This document shows positions 1-11,620 of a stretch of 64,000 nt of DNA, in pieces; position 1 is the stretch's first letter; each line of letters opens with the position of its first letter. The stretch spans positions 17,980-81,979 of the forward strand of contig JAGCXA010000014.1 in NCBI GenBank assembly GCA_017961575.1, read 5' to 3'. The notes beneath the pieces are model-generated. The model saw only the letters and a program-made list of their open reading frames with translations. It made no database searches and was not told the origin of the DNA. Made by a program: the position numbers and the translations under genes. The stretch comes from Clostridia bacterium. Lineage in GTDB: Bacteria; Bacillota; Clostridia; Oscillospirales; CAG-272.

Positions 1-1
1 C

Positions 2-412
2 GGGGCGGCGGGCGCCGATCCCGTCGACACCAACGACCTGTTCCGCGTCGACGCCGATTCCTTCTACAAGGAGTCGCGTTTCATCGGACAGATCCAGATC
101 TACCGCGGCAATATCGCCATCTCCTGCGTGGAGGGCGACACCGATCAGTCCTACCGCGTCGTCGCGGCGCAGGCGGCGGACAAGATGCTCTCGATCAACA
201 AGATAGAGGCGGCGTTCGCCCTCGTCAAGATCGACGGAACGACCTATATCTCCGCCCGCTCGAAGGGGACGATCAACGTCCAGCTGATCCTCGAAAAGAT
301 GAGCGGCGGCGGACATTACGACGTCGCCGGCGCGCAGGTCGTGGAAGAGCCGGTTCAGAGCGTACTATCCCAGGTCAAGCGGTGCGTCGACGAGTATTTC
401 GCGCATCCCTGA
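2..412 (+). CDS. gdpP: C-terminal fragment of a DHH/DHHA1 phosphoesterase (GdpP/YybT-like); the 5' end is outside the window
   Basis: The frame is open from the window edge to the stop at 410-412. It carries a DHHA1-type GGGH motif (EKMSGGGHYDVAG). Classical Firmicutes synteny gdpP-rplI-dnaB. Confidence 0.6.
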   Translation, partial: GAAGADPVDTNDLFRVDADSFYKESRFIGQIQIYRGNIAISCVEGDTDQSYRVVAAQAADKMLSINKIEAAFALVKIDGTTYISARSKGTINVQLILEKMSGGGHYDVAGAQVVEEPVQSVLSQVKRCVDEYFAHP

Positions 413-445
413 TCCAAGTCAACGAAACGTGAGGTTTTTAAGGTA

Positions 446-889
446 ATGAAAGTCATTTTGCTCCAAGACGTAAAAGGACAGGGGAAAAAGGATCAGATCG
501 TCGAGGTCTCGGACGGATTCGCCCGCAACTTCCTTTTCCCGCAGAAGAAGGCGATCCCCGCCGACGCGCAGGCGCAGAACCAACTGAAAGGCAAGCGCGA
601 ATCCGAACAGCACAGGATCGACGAAGAGAGAAAAGCGGCGCGCGAACTGGCGGACAAATTGCAGGGGGTCGTCCTGCGTATCAAGGCGCCTTCGGGCGGC
701 GACGGGCGTCTCTACGGCGCCGTGACCAACAAGGAGATCGCGACCGCGCTCTCCGAGAAGGTCGGCAACGCGATCGACAAACGCAAGATCTCGCTCGACA
801 GCCCCATCAAGGCGCACGGGACCTATCAGATCACGGTGAAACTTTACGAGGGGATCGAGGGGAAATTCACGGTTTCGGTGGAGGGATGA
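446..889 (+). CDS. rplI: 50S ribosomal protein L9
   Basis: 147 aa with the N-terminus [32 protein letters not shown] typical of L9. Sits upstream of dnaB. Confidence 0.95.
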   Translation: MKVILLQDVKGQGKKDQIVEVSDGFARNFLFPQKKAIPADAQAQNQLKGKRESEQHRIDEERKAARELADKLQGVVLRIKAPSGGDGRLYGAVTNKEIATALSEKVGNAIDKRKISLDSPIKAHGTYQITVKLYEGIEGKFTVSVEG

Positions 890-895
890 CGGCGG

Positions 896-2254
896 ATGGA
901 AGCGTCTGATCTGTTGAGAAAACTGCCGCTCTCTGTCGAGGCGGAACAGTCGGTGCTCGGCTCGATCCTGGTCAAGCCGGAGAGTTTCGAGCGCATCGCG
1001 GGGCAACTCGACGCCGAGGACTTCTATATGGAGGATCACCGGGCGATCTTTTCCGCGATCCAGGATATGTTTTTGAAGAACCGCACGATCGACACGGTGA
1101 CGCTGGTCAACGCGCTCGTGCAGGGCGGCTACCGCGACGAAACGGGCGGGATCCAGTATCTGACCCAGATCGCGCAGGTCGTGCCGTCCGCCGCGAACAT
1201 CCGGGATTACGCCCGGATCGTCAAGGAAAAGGCGCTGCTTCGTCGGCTGATCGCCGCCTGCGAGGAGATCTCGGAGGAGGCGTATTCCGAGCAGGGCGAC
1301 GTTTCGCGCGTCATCGACGCCGCCGAACAGCGGATCTTCGAGCTGACGCAGAACAAGGGCTCCCGCGAGTTCCGGCACGTCAAGGAGATCTTGGCGGGCG
1401 TATATCAGGAACTGGTCGACAAGGCGGAACACAAAGAGGTCGATCAGGGCGTGCGCACCGGGTTTTCCGACCTTGACCGCGTGCTCGTGCAGCTCGGTCC
1501 CGCCGACCTCGTGCTCGTCGGGGCGCGTCCCGGAATGGGGAAGACCTCGTTCGCTATGAACATCGCGGTCAACGCCGCGAAATCCACCGGGAAAGCCGTC
1601 TGTATCTTCTCGCTCGAAATGTCGGGCGAACAACTCGTGAACCGGATGCTGTCGAGCGAAGCGATGGTGGACAGCCACGCGCTCCGCACCGGGGAGATCC
1701 GTCCCGAGGATTGGCAGCGTCTTGCCGACGCCTCGGCGATGCTCGCGGGGTGCGAACTCCTGATCGACGATACGTCGGGCATCACCGTCGCCGATATGAA
1801 GGCGAAACTCCGCCGGGTCAAGAACCTCGGGCTCGTCGTCGTCGACTATTTGCAGCTGATGCAGGCGTCGAAGAACATCGAGAGCCGCGTGCAGGAGGTC
1901 GCCGACATCTCCCGGAACCTGAAAATCATGGCGAAGGAACTCTCGGTCCCCGTCATCTGCCGCGCCCAGCTTTCGCGCGGACCCGAACAGCGGGAGAGCA
2001 AGAAACCGATGCTCTCCGACCTGCGCGACTCGGGCGCGATCGAGCAGGACGCCGACATCGTACTGTTCCTCTACCGCGACGAATACTATAAGGACGTGAA
2101 GGGCGCGAAGGCGAACGTCGAGGTCAACACCGCCGAGATCATCATCGCCAAGAACCGTCACGGCGCCTTGAAGGACGTCAAGATGTCCTGGAACGGTCAG
2201 TTCACCAAGTTCGTCACGATGGAGAACCAGGGCGGCGTCGGAGGCGCGGGATAA
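896..2254 (+). CDS. dnaB: Replicative DNA helicase DnaB (DnaC in Bacillus nomenclature)
   Basis: 452 aa. Walker A is GARPGMGKTSFAMN, and the RecA-like C-terminal domain includes DYLQLM and SRxLKxxAKEL. No intein. Confidence 0.95.
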   Translation: MEASDLLRKLPLSVEAEQSVLGSILVKPESFERIAGQLDAEDFYMEDHRAIFSAIQDMFLKNRTIDTVTLVNALVQGGYRDETGGIQYLTQIAQVVPSAANIRDYARIVKEKALLRRLIAACEEISEEAYSEQGDVSRVIDAAEQRIFELTQNKGSREFRHVKEILAGVYQELVDKAEHKEVDQGVRTGFSDLDRVLVQLGPADLVLVGARPGMGKTSFAMNIAVNAAKSTGKAVCIFSLEMSGEQLVNRMLSSEAMVDSHALRTGEIRPEDWQRLADASAMLAGCELLIDDTSGITVADMKAKLRRVKNLGLVVVDYLQLMQASKNIESRVQEVADISRNLKIMAKELSVPVICRAQLSRGPEQRESKKPMLSDLRDSGAIEQDADIVLFLYRDEYYKDVKGAKANVEVNTAEIIIAKNRHGALKDVKMSWNGQFTKFVTMENQGGVGGAG

Positions 2255-3705
2255 TGGACTTTGCGGGGGCGTTCGGTTCGTTTGCGCGCGACGCGGAACG
2301 TCTGCTCGCCCGCTTCGGCGTGACGCTTTCGAAGCACGACGGGATCCTCGTCGCCTATTCGGGCGGGGCGGACTCGACCTTCCTGCTTCATCTGCTTCTC
2401 ACCCTCAAAAAGAAATACGGTTTTCCCCTCGCCGCCCTGCACGTCGAACACGGCATCCGCGGCGAGGAATCGCGTTCCGACGCGGCGTTCTGCCGCCGGA
2501 CGGCGGACGCCCTCGGCGTACCGATCAAGGTCGTGTCGGTCGACGTGCCGGCAACCTGTCGGGCGACCGGAGAGAGCGTCGAGACGGCGGCGCGCCGTCT
2601 GCGCTACGAGGCGCTTCGGAGAGGGCTTTTCGACCTTCCGGGCTTCCGCTATATCGCGACTGCGCACAACCGCGACGACGCGGCGGAAACCCTCCTGTTC
2701 CGGCTGCTCCGCGGGTGCGGCACCGACGGCGCGGGATCCATCCCCGTCGTGCGCGGCGACCTGATCCGTCCGATCCTCGATCAGCCGTCACGCCGGATCC
2801 GGGAGACGCTTTCGTCGCTCGGGATCGCGTTTGTCTCCGATTCCACGAACGCCGACCCCTTCTGCGCGCGGAACTATCTCCGGCGGGAGATCCTGCCGCG
2901 GCTTTCCCATCTGACGCCCGATCCGGGACGGATGCTCTACGAGTGTTCGCTCCGCTTCCGGGAGGACGAAGCGTATCTTTCCTCTGTCGCCGACGCCGTT
3001 CCCGCCGTCGACCGGACGAACCGGGCGGCGCTCGCCGCGCTCCCCGATCCGATTTTAAAACGGGTGCTGGTCTCGGAATTCGCGCGCGTCTCGTCGGTTA
3101 TGCCCGAGTCGGTGCATATTGACGCCGCGGTTGCGCAAATTAGGAAGGAACGCGACGGAGAGATCGCCTTTCCCGACGGGGTTACTTTTTTTGCCCGCGG
3201 CGGCGAGGCGGTTTTCAAAAAGGGAAAGTCCGCCGCCAAAACCGATCCGATCGTCCTGACCGAGGGCGAGACGCCGATCCCCTTTTCGGGCGACGCCGCG
3301 GTCTGCGCGGTCTTCTCCGACCGCTTGGAAACAACCTCTTCTTTAAATGTTTACAAACTGTCTAAAAAAGTCATTCTGTCTTCTGCTACAATAGAAGGGA
3401 ACCTGACCGTCAGACCTCCCGCGTCCGGCGACAAGATCGTATACGGCGGCGCGACGCACGAGGTGCGGACGGTCCTCTCCTCCCACCGCGTGCCGCGCGA
3501 GATCCGGCCGTTCTATCCGCTTTTTTGCGACGAGGCGGGGATCCTTTGGATCCCGGGGCTCGCCGTGCGCGACGGGTGCGACGGACGGAAGACGACGGGC
3601 GGGATCACTCTGCTTGCCGTTTTCGGCGGGTTGACCGACCGCGTGGCGGAGTATACGGGACGGAACAACGACGGAACAGTGAAAGAAAGGACAGACGCAA
3701 AATGA
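2254..3705 (+). CDS. tilS: tRNA(Ile)-lysidine synthetase
   Basis: PP-loop motif VAYSGGADSTFLL. 483 aa. Conserved tilS-hpt-ftsH order, and the start overlaps the dnaB stop by 1 nt. Confidence 0.9.
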   Translation: MDFAGAFGSFARDAERLLARFGVTLSKHDGILVAYSGGADSTFLLHLLLTLKKKYGFPLAALHVEHGIRGEESRSDAAFCRRTADALGVPIKVVSVDVPATCRATGESVETAARRLRYEALRRGLFDLPGFRYIATAHNRDDAAETLLFRLLRGCGTDGAGSIPVVRGDLIRPILDQPSRRIRETLSSLGIAFVSDSTNADPFCARNYLRREILPRLSHLTPDPGRMLYECSLRFREDEAYLSSVADAVPAVDRTNRAALAALPDPILKRVLVSEFARVSSVMPESVHIDAAVAQIRKERDGEIAFPDGVTFFARGGEAVFKKGKSAAKTDPIVLTEGETPIPFSGDAAVCAVFSDRLETTSSLNVYKLSKKVILSSATIEGNLTVRPPASGDKIVYGGATHEVRTVLSSHRVPREIRPFYPLFCDEAGILWIPGLAVRDGCDGRKTTGGITLLAVFGGLTDRVAEYTGRNNDGTVKERTDAK

Positions 3706-4253
3706 ATCGTGACGTTTCAAGGATCCTGATCGGAGAGAAGGAGCTCGATCTGCTGGTGACCAAGGTCGCGGGCGAGATCGACGCCGATTTCAAGAAGACC
3801 GGCGGGCGTCTGCTCCTCGTCGCCATCCTGAAAGGATCGGTCGTCTTTATGGGCGACCTGATGAAGAAACTGCAATCCCCCGTCGAGATCGACTTTATGA
3901 AGGTTTCCTCCTACGGGGCGGGCACGTCGAGTTCCGGGAACATCAACATCCACCTCGACCTGCAACGCAAGGACATCGGCGACTGCAACGTCATCGTCGT
4001 CGAGGACATCGTGGACAGCGGACGCACCCTCGCCTATCTGACCGAGTATCTGAAACTCAAAGGCGCGAAATCGGTGCGCACCTGCACCCTGCTCGACAAG
4101 CCGTCGCGCCGCGAGGTCGACTTCACCCCCGATTACGTCGGGCGCGAGATCCCCGATGAGTTCGTCGTCGGCTACGGTCTCGATTACGACGAGAAATACC
4201 GGGCTCTCCCGTACGTCGGAGTCCTGAAACCCGAGGTTTACCAAAAGTCCTGA
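3702..4253 (+). CDS. hpt: Hypoxanthine phosphoribosyltransferase
   Basis: ATG at 3702 overlaps the tilS stop (ATGA). PRPP-binding motif VIVVEDIVDSGRTL. The ORF-track start at 3525 lies inside tilS and is rejected. Confidence 0.92.
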   Translation: MNRDVSRILIGEKELDLLVTKVAGEIDADFKKTGGRLLLVAILKGSVVFMGDLMKKLQSPVEIDFMKVSSYGAGTSSSGNINIHLDLQRKDIGDCNVIVVEDIVDSGRTLAYLTEYLKLKGAKSVRTCTLLDKPSRREVDFTPDYVGREIPDEFVVGYGLDYDEKYRALPYVGVLKPEVYQKS

Positions 4254-4286
4254 ACGCACCCGAATAAGAAAGGTACAGACAGATCC

Positions 4287-6383
<2,097 letters not shown>

Positions 6384-6401
6384 CAATCGAAAAGATCACG
6401 G

Positions 6402-6436
6402 CGCCGCCGGGAGTTTTCCCGGCGGCGTCTTTTTTT
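6402..6436 (+). terminator. Rho-independent terminator after ftsH
   Basis: Perfect 11-bp stem cgccgccggga/tcccggcggcg with loop gttt, followed by tcttttttt. Confidence 0.8.
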
Positions 6437-6445
6437 CGTCGCCCG

Positions 6446-6480
6446 TTGCGACATCATTTTCCCGCCCGTCTGCATATAAT
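6446..6480 (+). promoter_or_regulatory. Candidate spoIIGA-sigE promoter with an over-long spacer
   Basis: TTGCGA (6446-6451) and TATAAT (6475-6480) are separated by 23 nt. See the findings. Tentative. Confidence 0.3.
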
Positions 6481-6521
6481 GGTTTCAAGAGACAGGCAGA
6501 CGCGGGAGGGAGGGACGGATC

Positions 6522-7373
6522 GTGCCGGTCGTTTACGCCGACGTGCTTTTCCTTATCAACTTCTCCGCCGATTATCTCGTTCTTCTGACCGTCGGGCGAC
6601 TGAGGCGCGTACGCCTTCGCCGCGGCCGCCTGATCCTCGGCGCGCTGCTGGGCGCGCTCTACGCCGTTCCCGCCCTGATCCTGATCCCGACCTATCCGCT
6701 CCTGCTCCTCTCGGCGCTCCTGTCCGGCGTCGCCCTGACGCTCGTCGGACTCGGCTTTTCCGGGTGGCGTCGGTTTCTCTCCTGCCTCGTTCTCCTCTGG
6801 CTCGTTTCGTTCCTTTACGGAGGGGCGTTCACGGCGATTTTCGCGTTCGCGACGCGCCTTTTCGGAAGGATCCCGATCAAGGGCGACACGGGAGGAAAGG
6901 TGCTCGTTTTCCTCATCCTCTTCCTGCTGTCCTCCGCTTTGGTCTCGTTCTCGCGCCTTCTCCGCGCCGGGGGCGCTCCCCGCGAGGTCGGATGTCGGGT
7001 AAGGGTCGGGGAGAGAACGCGGGATCTGACCCTGATGACCGATTCGGGGTGCCTGCTCCGCGAGCCGATGACGGGACGGGCGGTCGTTCTGATCTCGGCG
7101 AAGGCGGCGGACGGTCTGGTTCCGCCCGCCCTGCTTTCGACCGAGGAGGGGATCGAACCGAATCTCTCTTACGACGATCGGAAACGGTATTACCTGATCC
7201 CCTATCAGACGGTGTCGGGCAAACGGCTGATGCACGGGTATCGCCCCGATTACGCCGAGATCGGGACGGGACGTCGGAGACGCGAGGAGGCGATCGTCGT
7301 CGGGATCGTGCGGGATCCGGTCGGGATCCCCGAGGGCTGCGACGGGATCGTTTCGGCGGAGATCGCACAGTAG
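6522..7373 (+). CDS. spoIIGA: Sigma-E processing peptidase SpoIIGA
   Basis: GTG start with GGAGGGAGGGA upstream. Polytopic N-terminus (VVYADVLFLINFSADYLVLL) and a C-terminal aspartic-protease-like segment LMTDSGCLLREPMTG. Immediately upstream of sigE. Confidence 0.85.
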   Translation: MPVVYADVLFLINFSADYLVLLTVGRLRRVRLRRGRLILGALLGALYAVPALILIPTYPLLLLSALLSGVALTLVGLGFSGWRRFLSCLVLLWLVSFLYGGAFTAIFAFATRLFGRIPIKGDTGGKVLVFLILFLLSSALVSFSRLLRAGGAPREVGCRVRVGERTRDLTLMTDSGCLLREPMTGRAVVLISAKAADGLVPPALLSTEEGIEPNLSYDDRKRYYLIPYQTVSGKRLMHGYRPDYAEIGTGRRRREEAIVVGIVRDPVGIPEGCDGIVSAEIAQ

Positions 7374-7391
7374 AACGTGAAAGGAGTTACG

Positions 7392-8099
7392 ATGTTCGGA
7401 ACGCGGTTGTTTACGGCATTCAGACGGTTCTTCGCGCGTCTGTTCGGCTCGGAGGAGGTCTGTTACGTCAACGGGGCGGACGTCCTGCCGCCCCCGCTCT
7501 CGCAGGAGGAGGAACAGGAGGCGATCCGTCTCTCGAAAACCGATCGGGAGAAGCGTTCGCTCCTGATCGAACACAATCTGCGGCTGGTGGTTTTCATCGC
7601 CAAAAAGTTCGACGGGACCGGGGTCGGGATCGAAGATCTGATCTCGATCGGCACGATGGGGCTGATGAAGGCGATCTCGACCTTTACCCCCGAAAAAAAC
7701 GTCAAACTCGCGACCTACGCCTCGCGCTGTATCGAGAACGAGATCCTGATGTTTCTGCGCAAAACGGCGGGAAGACGGAGAGAGGTCAGTTTCGACGAAC
7801 CGCTGAACGTCGATTGGGACGGAAATGAACTGCTGCTCTCCGACGTGCTGGGCAGCGAAGCCGATTCGGTCTGCCGCCCGATCGAGGAGCAGGAGGAACG
7901 CGCGCTCGTCCGCCGCTCGGTCGCGGGGCTTTCGGAGAGGGAGCGGACCATCGTCGAACTGCGCTTCGGACTTCGCGGCGGGCGCGAGATGACGCAGAAG
8001 GAGGTCGCCGACAAACTCGGTATCTCGCAGTCCTACATATCGCGGCTCGAAAAGAAGATAATGGCGCAGCTTCGCGACGAGATCGGAGATAAGATATAA
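7392..8099 (+). CDS. sigE: Sporulation sigma factor SigE (pro-sigma-E)
   Basis: ATG at 7392 follows AAAGGAG, whereas the ORF-track start 7377 is a GTG. Pro-sequence junction [17 protein letters not shown], sigma-70 regions 2 and 4 ([23 protein letters not shown]). Confidence 0.9.
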   Translation: MFGTRLFTAFRRFFARLFGSEEVCYVNGADVLPPPLSQEEEQEAIRLSKTDREKRSLLIEHNLRLVVFIAKKFDGTGVGIEDLISIGTMGLMKAISTFTPEKNVKLATYASRCIENEILMFLRKTAGRRREVSFDEPLNVDWDGNELLLSDVLGSEADSVCRPIEEQEERALVRRSVAGLSERERTIVELRFGLRGGREMTQKEVADKLGISQSYISRLEKKIMAQLRDEIGDKI

Positions 8100-8127
8100 A
8101 TAAATGGGGATTTTTTTGAAAAAGGGG

Positions 8128-8156
8128 TTGCTTTTTCGGAAACGGTATGATATAAT
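8128..8156 (+). promoter_or_regulatory. Sigma-A type promoter for rpmE
   Basis: TTGCTT, 17 nt, then TATAAT with an extended -10 TG (TGaTATAAT). Confidence 0.6.
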
Positions 8157-8192
8157 ACTCCCGATTTTTATGTGAAGGAGAGGTACCTGACA

Positions 8193-8405
8193 ATGAAAAA
8201 AGGATTGCATCCGGAATATAAAGAAGTCACGATCAAATGCGCTTGCGGAGAGACCGTCGTCACCCGCTCGACGAAGGGGGATATGACCGTCGATATCTGC
8301 TCGAAGTGTCATCCGTTCTTCACCGGCAAGCAAAAGTTCGTTGACGCCGGCGGACGCGTGGATAAGTTCAAACGCCGTCTCGCGATGTCGAACACGAACA
8401 AGTAA
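8193..8405 (+). CDS. rpmE: 50S ribosomal protein L31 (Cys-containing, Zn-ribbon type)
   Basis: MKKGLHPEY start preceded by GAAGGAGAG. Contains the CxC...CxxC cysteines. Confidence 0.95.
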   Translation: MKKGLHPEYKEVTIKCACGETVVTRSTKGDMTVDICSKCHPFFTGKQKFVDAGGRVDKFKRRLAMSNTNK

Positions 8406-8554
8406 TTTGCACGGGATTTGACTTTTTTCGGGGCTGTCCGAGGGGCAAACCGATATTCCGGATCTGATGCGCGTTTTCGTATCAAACTCGGGTCGGGCTT
8501 GCAGTCGGACGCCCCGTTTTCCGTTCTTCCGACCGCAAAAGGAAAGGAGACAGT

Positions 8555-9832
8555 ATGACAGATAAGAAGACCGTTCACTCCGACGCGATCCTCGTCGGAA
8601 TGACCGAACGCGGCGCCGACCTGCCCGCGCTCGAACGCTCGCTCGACGAACTCGCGCGCCTCGTCGACACGGCGGGAAGCCGGACGTTCGCCCGCGTCAC
8701 GCAGATCAAGGATTCGCCCGATCCCCGCACGCTGATCGGCGCGGGAAAGGTGAAGGAGATCCGCGATCTTTGCGAGAAGAACGGCGTTTCGCTCGTCGTT
8801 TTCGACGGGGAACTCTCCCCGGCGCAGATCCGCAATCTGGAGGACGATCTCGGGGGAGACGTCGACGTGATCGACCGCAGTATGCTGATCCTCGACATCT
8901 TCGCCCTGCACGCCGTATCGGGCGAGGGGAAGTTGCAGGTCGAGTTGGCGCAGCTCCGCTACACCGCGCCGCGGCTCGTCGGTCACGGGACCGAAATGTC
9001 CCGGCTCGGCGGCGGGATCGGCACGAGAGGACCCGGCGAATCGAAACTCGAAACCGACCGCCGGCATATGAAGGAGCGGATCGCCGCTCTGCAAAGGCAG
9101 CTTGACGAACTCGAAGCCAACCGCGCCGTGATGCGCGCCGCCCGCGACCGGAGCGGGCATCTGAAAATCGCGCTCGTCGGCTACACGAACGCCGGAAAAT
9201 CCACCCTTCTGAACCGTCTGACCGACGCGGGGGTGCTTGCCGAAAACAAACTGTTCGCAACGCTTGACCCGACCACGAGGCGGCTCGTTCTCCCGTCGGG
9301 GGAGACGGTTCTGCTCACAGATACCGTCGGGTTCATCCGCAAACTGCCGCATCATCTCGTCAAGGCGTTCCGATCGACCCTTGACGAGGCGAAGTACGCC
9401 GATATTCTCCTGATCGTCTGCGACGCGACCGACCCCGAACTCCCCGAACACCTCGACGTGACGCGCGAGACGCTCGCCTCGCTCGGCGCGTCGGACAAGC
9501 CCGCGCTGACGGTGTTCAATCACGCGGACGAGCTGCCCGACTGTCCCTCGACCGGATTTGTCGCCGAGGGGGATCGGGTCTTCATTTCCGCGCTTACCGG
9601 GGCGGGGATAGACCTTTTGCTTGCAAAGATCGACGAGGTCGCCGCCACCCTGCGCCGCTCCTGCCGCTTCCTGTTTCCCTATACCGCGTCGGGGAAACTC
9701 GATCAACTCTACCGCACCGCCGCCGTGCAGTCGGTGGAGTACCTTCCCGACGGGATCGCGGTTTCGGCGTCGGTCGACCGTCGGACGGCGGGCGAACTCG
9801 CCCCGTATCTCTCGGAGGATAAAAAGCCGTGA
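8555..9832 (+). CDS. hflX: GTPase HflX
   Basis: HflX N-terminal domain, G1 motif GYTNAGKST, G3 motif DTVGFI. 425 aa. Confidence 0.93.
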   Translation: MTDKKTVHSDAILVGMTERGADLPALERSLDELARLVDTAGSRTFARVTQIKDSPDPRTLIGAGKVKEIRDLCEKNGVSLVVFDGELSPAQIRNLEDDLGGDVDVIDRSMLILDIFALHAVSGEGKLQVELAQLRYTAPRLVGHGTEMSRLGGGIGTRGPGESKLETDRRHMKERIAALQRQLDELEANRAVMRAARDRSGHLKIALVGYTNAGKSTLLNRLTDAGVLAENKLFATLDPTTRRLVLPSGETVLLTDTVGFIRKLPHHLVKAFRSTLDEAKYADILLIVCDATDPELPEHLDVTRETLASLGASDKPALTVFNHADELPDCPSTGFVAEGDRVFISALTGAGIDLLLAKIDEVAATLRRSCRFLFPYTASGKLDQLYRTAAVQSVEYLPDGIAVSASVDRRTAGELAPYLSEDKKP

Positions 9833-10470
9833 GCGGGTGCGAGTATCTGACGCTCGCCGGGTCCGGCGAGTCGCGCTACGAGGAGAAAAAGTCTGTTTTT
9901 CTCGGGTTCGCCGCGCGCTTTGAAAAAGAGGAAGACGTGCTCGCGTGGCTCGCTTCGCAGAAACGCGCCTATCCCGACGCGCGCCATCACGTCTACGCCT
10001 ATCGTCTGCGCGAGGGGAATACGACGCGCTATTCCGACGACCGCGAACCGCAGGGAACGGCGGGGATGCCGACCCTCGACGTTCTGCGCGGGCGCGACCT
10101 TTATGACTGCGCCGTCTGCGTGATCCGCTATTTCGGGGGAACGCTGCTCGGAACGGGCGGGCTTGTACGCGCCTACGGGAGCGCCGCCGCCGACGCCGTG
10201 AAGGGGGCGGGGATCGTCCGGATGACCCTGCGCCGCGCCTTCACGCTCTCCCTCTCCTACGCCGATCATCCGCGCGTCGCGTCGGTTTTGTCCGAGTACG
10301 GCGCGACGGTCTCGGACGTCGAATACGCCGAGGTGGTAACGCTTTCGGGGACGCTGGACGACGCGAAAACCGACGCGCTTGCCCGCGCGCTCTCCGACGC
10401 CACGGCGGGACGGTCTGCCCCCGCATGGGGCGACCCGCTCTTTTCCCCCATCCCGATCAAAACCGAATGA
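9829..10470 (+). CDS. YigZ / IMPACT family protein (UPF0029)
   Basis: GTG start overlaps the hflX stop (GTGA). Family motifs HHVYAYRL and SDDREPQGTAGMP. Confidence 0.8.
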   Translation: MSGCEYLTLAGSGESRYEEKKSVFLGFAARFEKEEDVLAWLASQKRAYPDARHHVYAYRLREGNTTRYSDDREPQGTAGMPTLDVLRGRDLYDCAVCVIRYFGGTLLGTGGLVRAYGSAAADAVKGAGIVRMTLRRAFTLSLSYADHPRVASVLSEYGATVSDVEYAEVVTLSGTLDDAKTDALARALSDATAGRSAPAWGDPLFSPIPIKTE

Positions 10471-10473
10471 TTT

Positions 10474-10512
10474 ACCGCGCCCCGGACGAAACCGGGGCGC
10501 GGTTCTTTTTTT
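10474..10512 (+). terminator. Rho-independent terminator after the yigZ-like gene
   Basis: Perfect 12-bp stem accgcgccccgg/ccggggcgcggt, 6-nt loop, then tcttttttt. Confidence 0.85.
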
Positions 10513-10609
10513 GAAAAACTGAAAAGTTTTTTCCGACAAAAAAAGCAAAAAAGAGGTTTCGCGCGTATATTATTGTTGAAAAACAGAAAGGAAGGGAGGA
10601 GTCGCTTCG

Positions 10610-11620
10610 ATGATGACGCCGGAGTTCTTTTTGGATATTGAGAAAAAGACGCTTTCGCCCTACGCCTGCCTGACATCGGAAACGAAGGGAAGGGCGAAGC
10701 CCGAGGAATCGTCCCCCGTGCGGACGGCGTACCAACGCGACCGCGACCGGATCATCCACTCCAAGTCTTTCCGCCGCCTGATGCATAAAACGCAGGTGTT
10801 CCTGTCGCCCGTCGACGAGCATTACAGAACGCGGATGACCCACACGCTTGAAGTGACGCAGGTCGCGCGGATCATTGCGCGCGCGCTCCGTTTGAACGAG
10901 GATCTGACCGAGGCGATCGCGCTCGGACACGATCTCGGGCATACCCCTTTCGGTCACGCGGGGGAGGAGGCGCTCCGCACCTGCTTCGACGAGACCTTTT
11001 ATCACGCGCGGCAATCGCTGCGCGTCGTCGATCGGCTCGAAAACGACGGCGAGGGTCTGAACCTGACCTATGAAGTGCGCGACGGCATCCTGAACCATTC
11101 GGGCAAGGCGCTCGCCGCGACGCTCGAGGGACGGATCGTCAAGTTCGCCGATCGGATCGCCTACATCAACTCCGACATCGACGACGCGATCCGCGGCGGG
11201 ATCCTCTCGCTCTCCGACATCCCGTCCGACCTGCTCGAAACGCTCGGGGAGGGGTACAGCGAGCGCATCAATCGGATGGTGCTCTCCGTTGTCGAGGGTT
11301 CCGCCGGACGGAACGAGATCGTGATGACCGAACCCGTCGGCGAGGCGACCGAACGCCTCCGCGCGTTTTTGACCGACCGCGTTTACGTCAACTCCGCCGC
11401 CAAGGTCGAGGAACATAAGGCGAAGGATCTGCTCGTCTCGCTCTACAATTACTATACCGAACGCCCCGACGAACTCCCGCCGCTCTATCGCCGGATCGCC
11501 GGGGAAGACGGCAAGGAGATCGCCGTCGCCGACTTCATTTCCTGTATGACCGACCGCTACGCCGTCGATCTGTTCCGTCGGCTCTTCGTTCCCGACGTGT
11601 GGAGAGGGGGCGCCGTATGA
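10610..11620 (+). CDS. dGTP triphosphohydrolase-like HD-domain protein
   Basis: HD motifs RMTHTLEVTQVARIIA and GHDLGHTPFGHAGE. Sits upstream of, and overlaps, dnaG, as in the Firmicutes macromolecular-synthesis operon. Confidence 0.85.
   Translation: MMTPEFFLDIEKKTLSPYACLTSETKGRAKPEESSPVRTAYQRDRDRIIHSKSFRRLMHKTQVFLSPVDEHYRTRMTHTLEVTQVARIIARALRLNEDLTEAIALGHDLGHTPFGHAGEEALRTCFDETFYHARQSLRVVDRLENDGEGLNLTYEVRDGILNHSGKALAATLEGRIVKFADRIAYINSDIDDAIRGGILSLSDIPSDLLETLGEGYSERINRMVLSVVEGSAGRNEIVMTEPVGEATERLRAFLTDRVYVNSAAKVEEHKAKDLLVSLYNYYTERPDELPPLYRRIAGEDGKEIAVADFISCMTDRYAVDLFRRLFVPDVWRGGAV

Noticed and set aside
419-2161. 580-aa minus-strand ORF covering rplI and dnaB
   Set aside because: It lies fully antisense to two strongly conserved genes. 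The translation is low-complexity and R/D/G/V/L-rich, with no recognisable motifs. This is a typical stop-poor shadow frame in high-GC DNA.
6396-8333. 645-aa minus-strand ORF and 460-aa plus-strand alternate-frame ORF (6446-7828) over spoIIGA/sigE
   Set aside because: Both overlap well-supported genes and translate to Arg/Pro/Gly-rich low-complexity sequence. Neither has an RBS or start context.
8406-8554. 149-bp gap between rpmE and hflX as a possible structured RNA or terminator
   Set aside because: It contains only weak, imperfect GC pairings (for example cgggc...gcccc) with no convincing stem plus U-tract or conserved leader motif. I cannot support a call.
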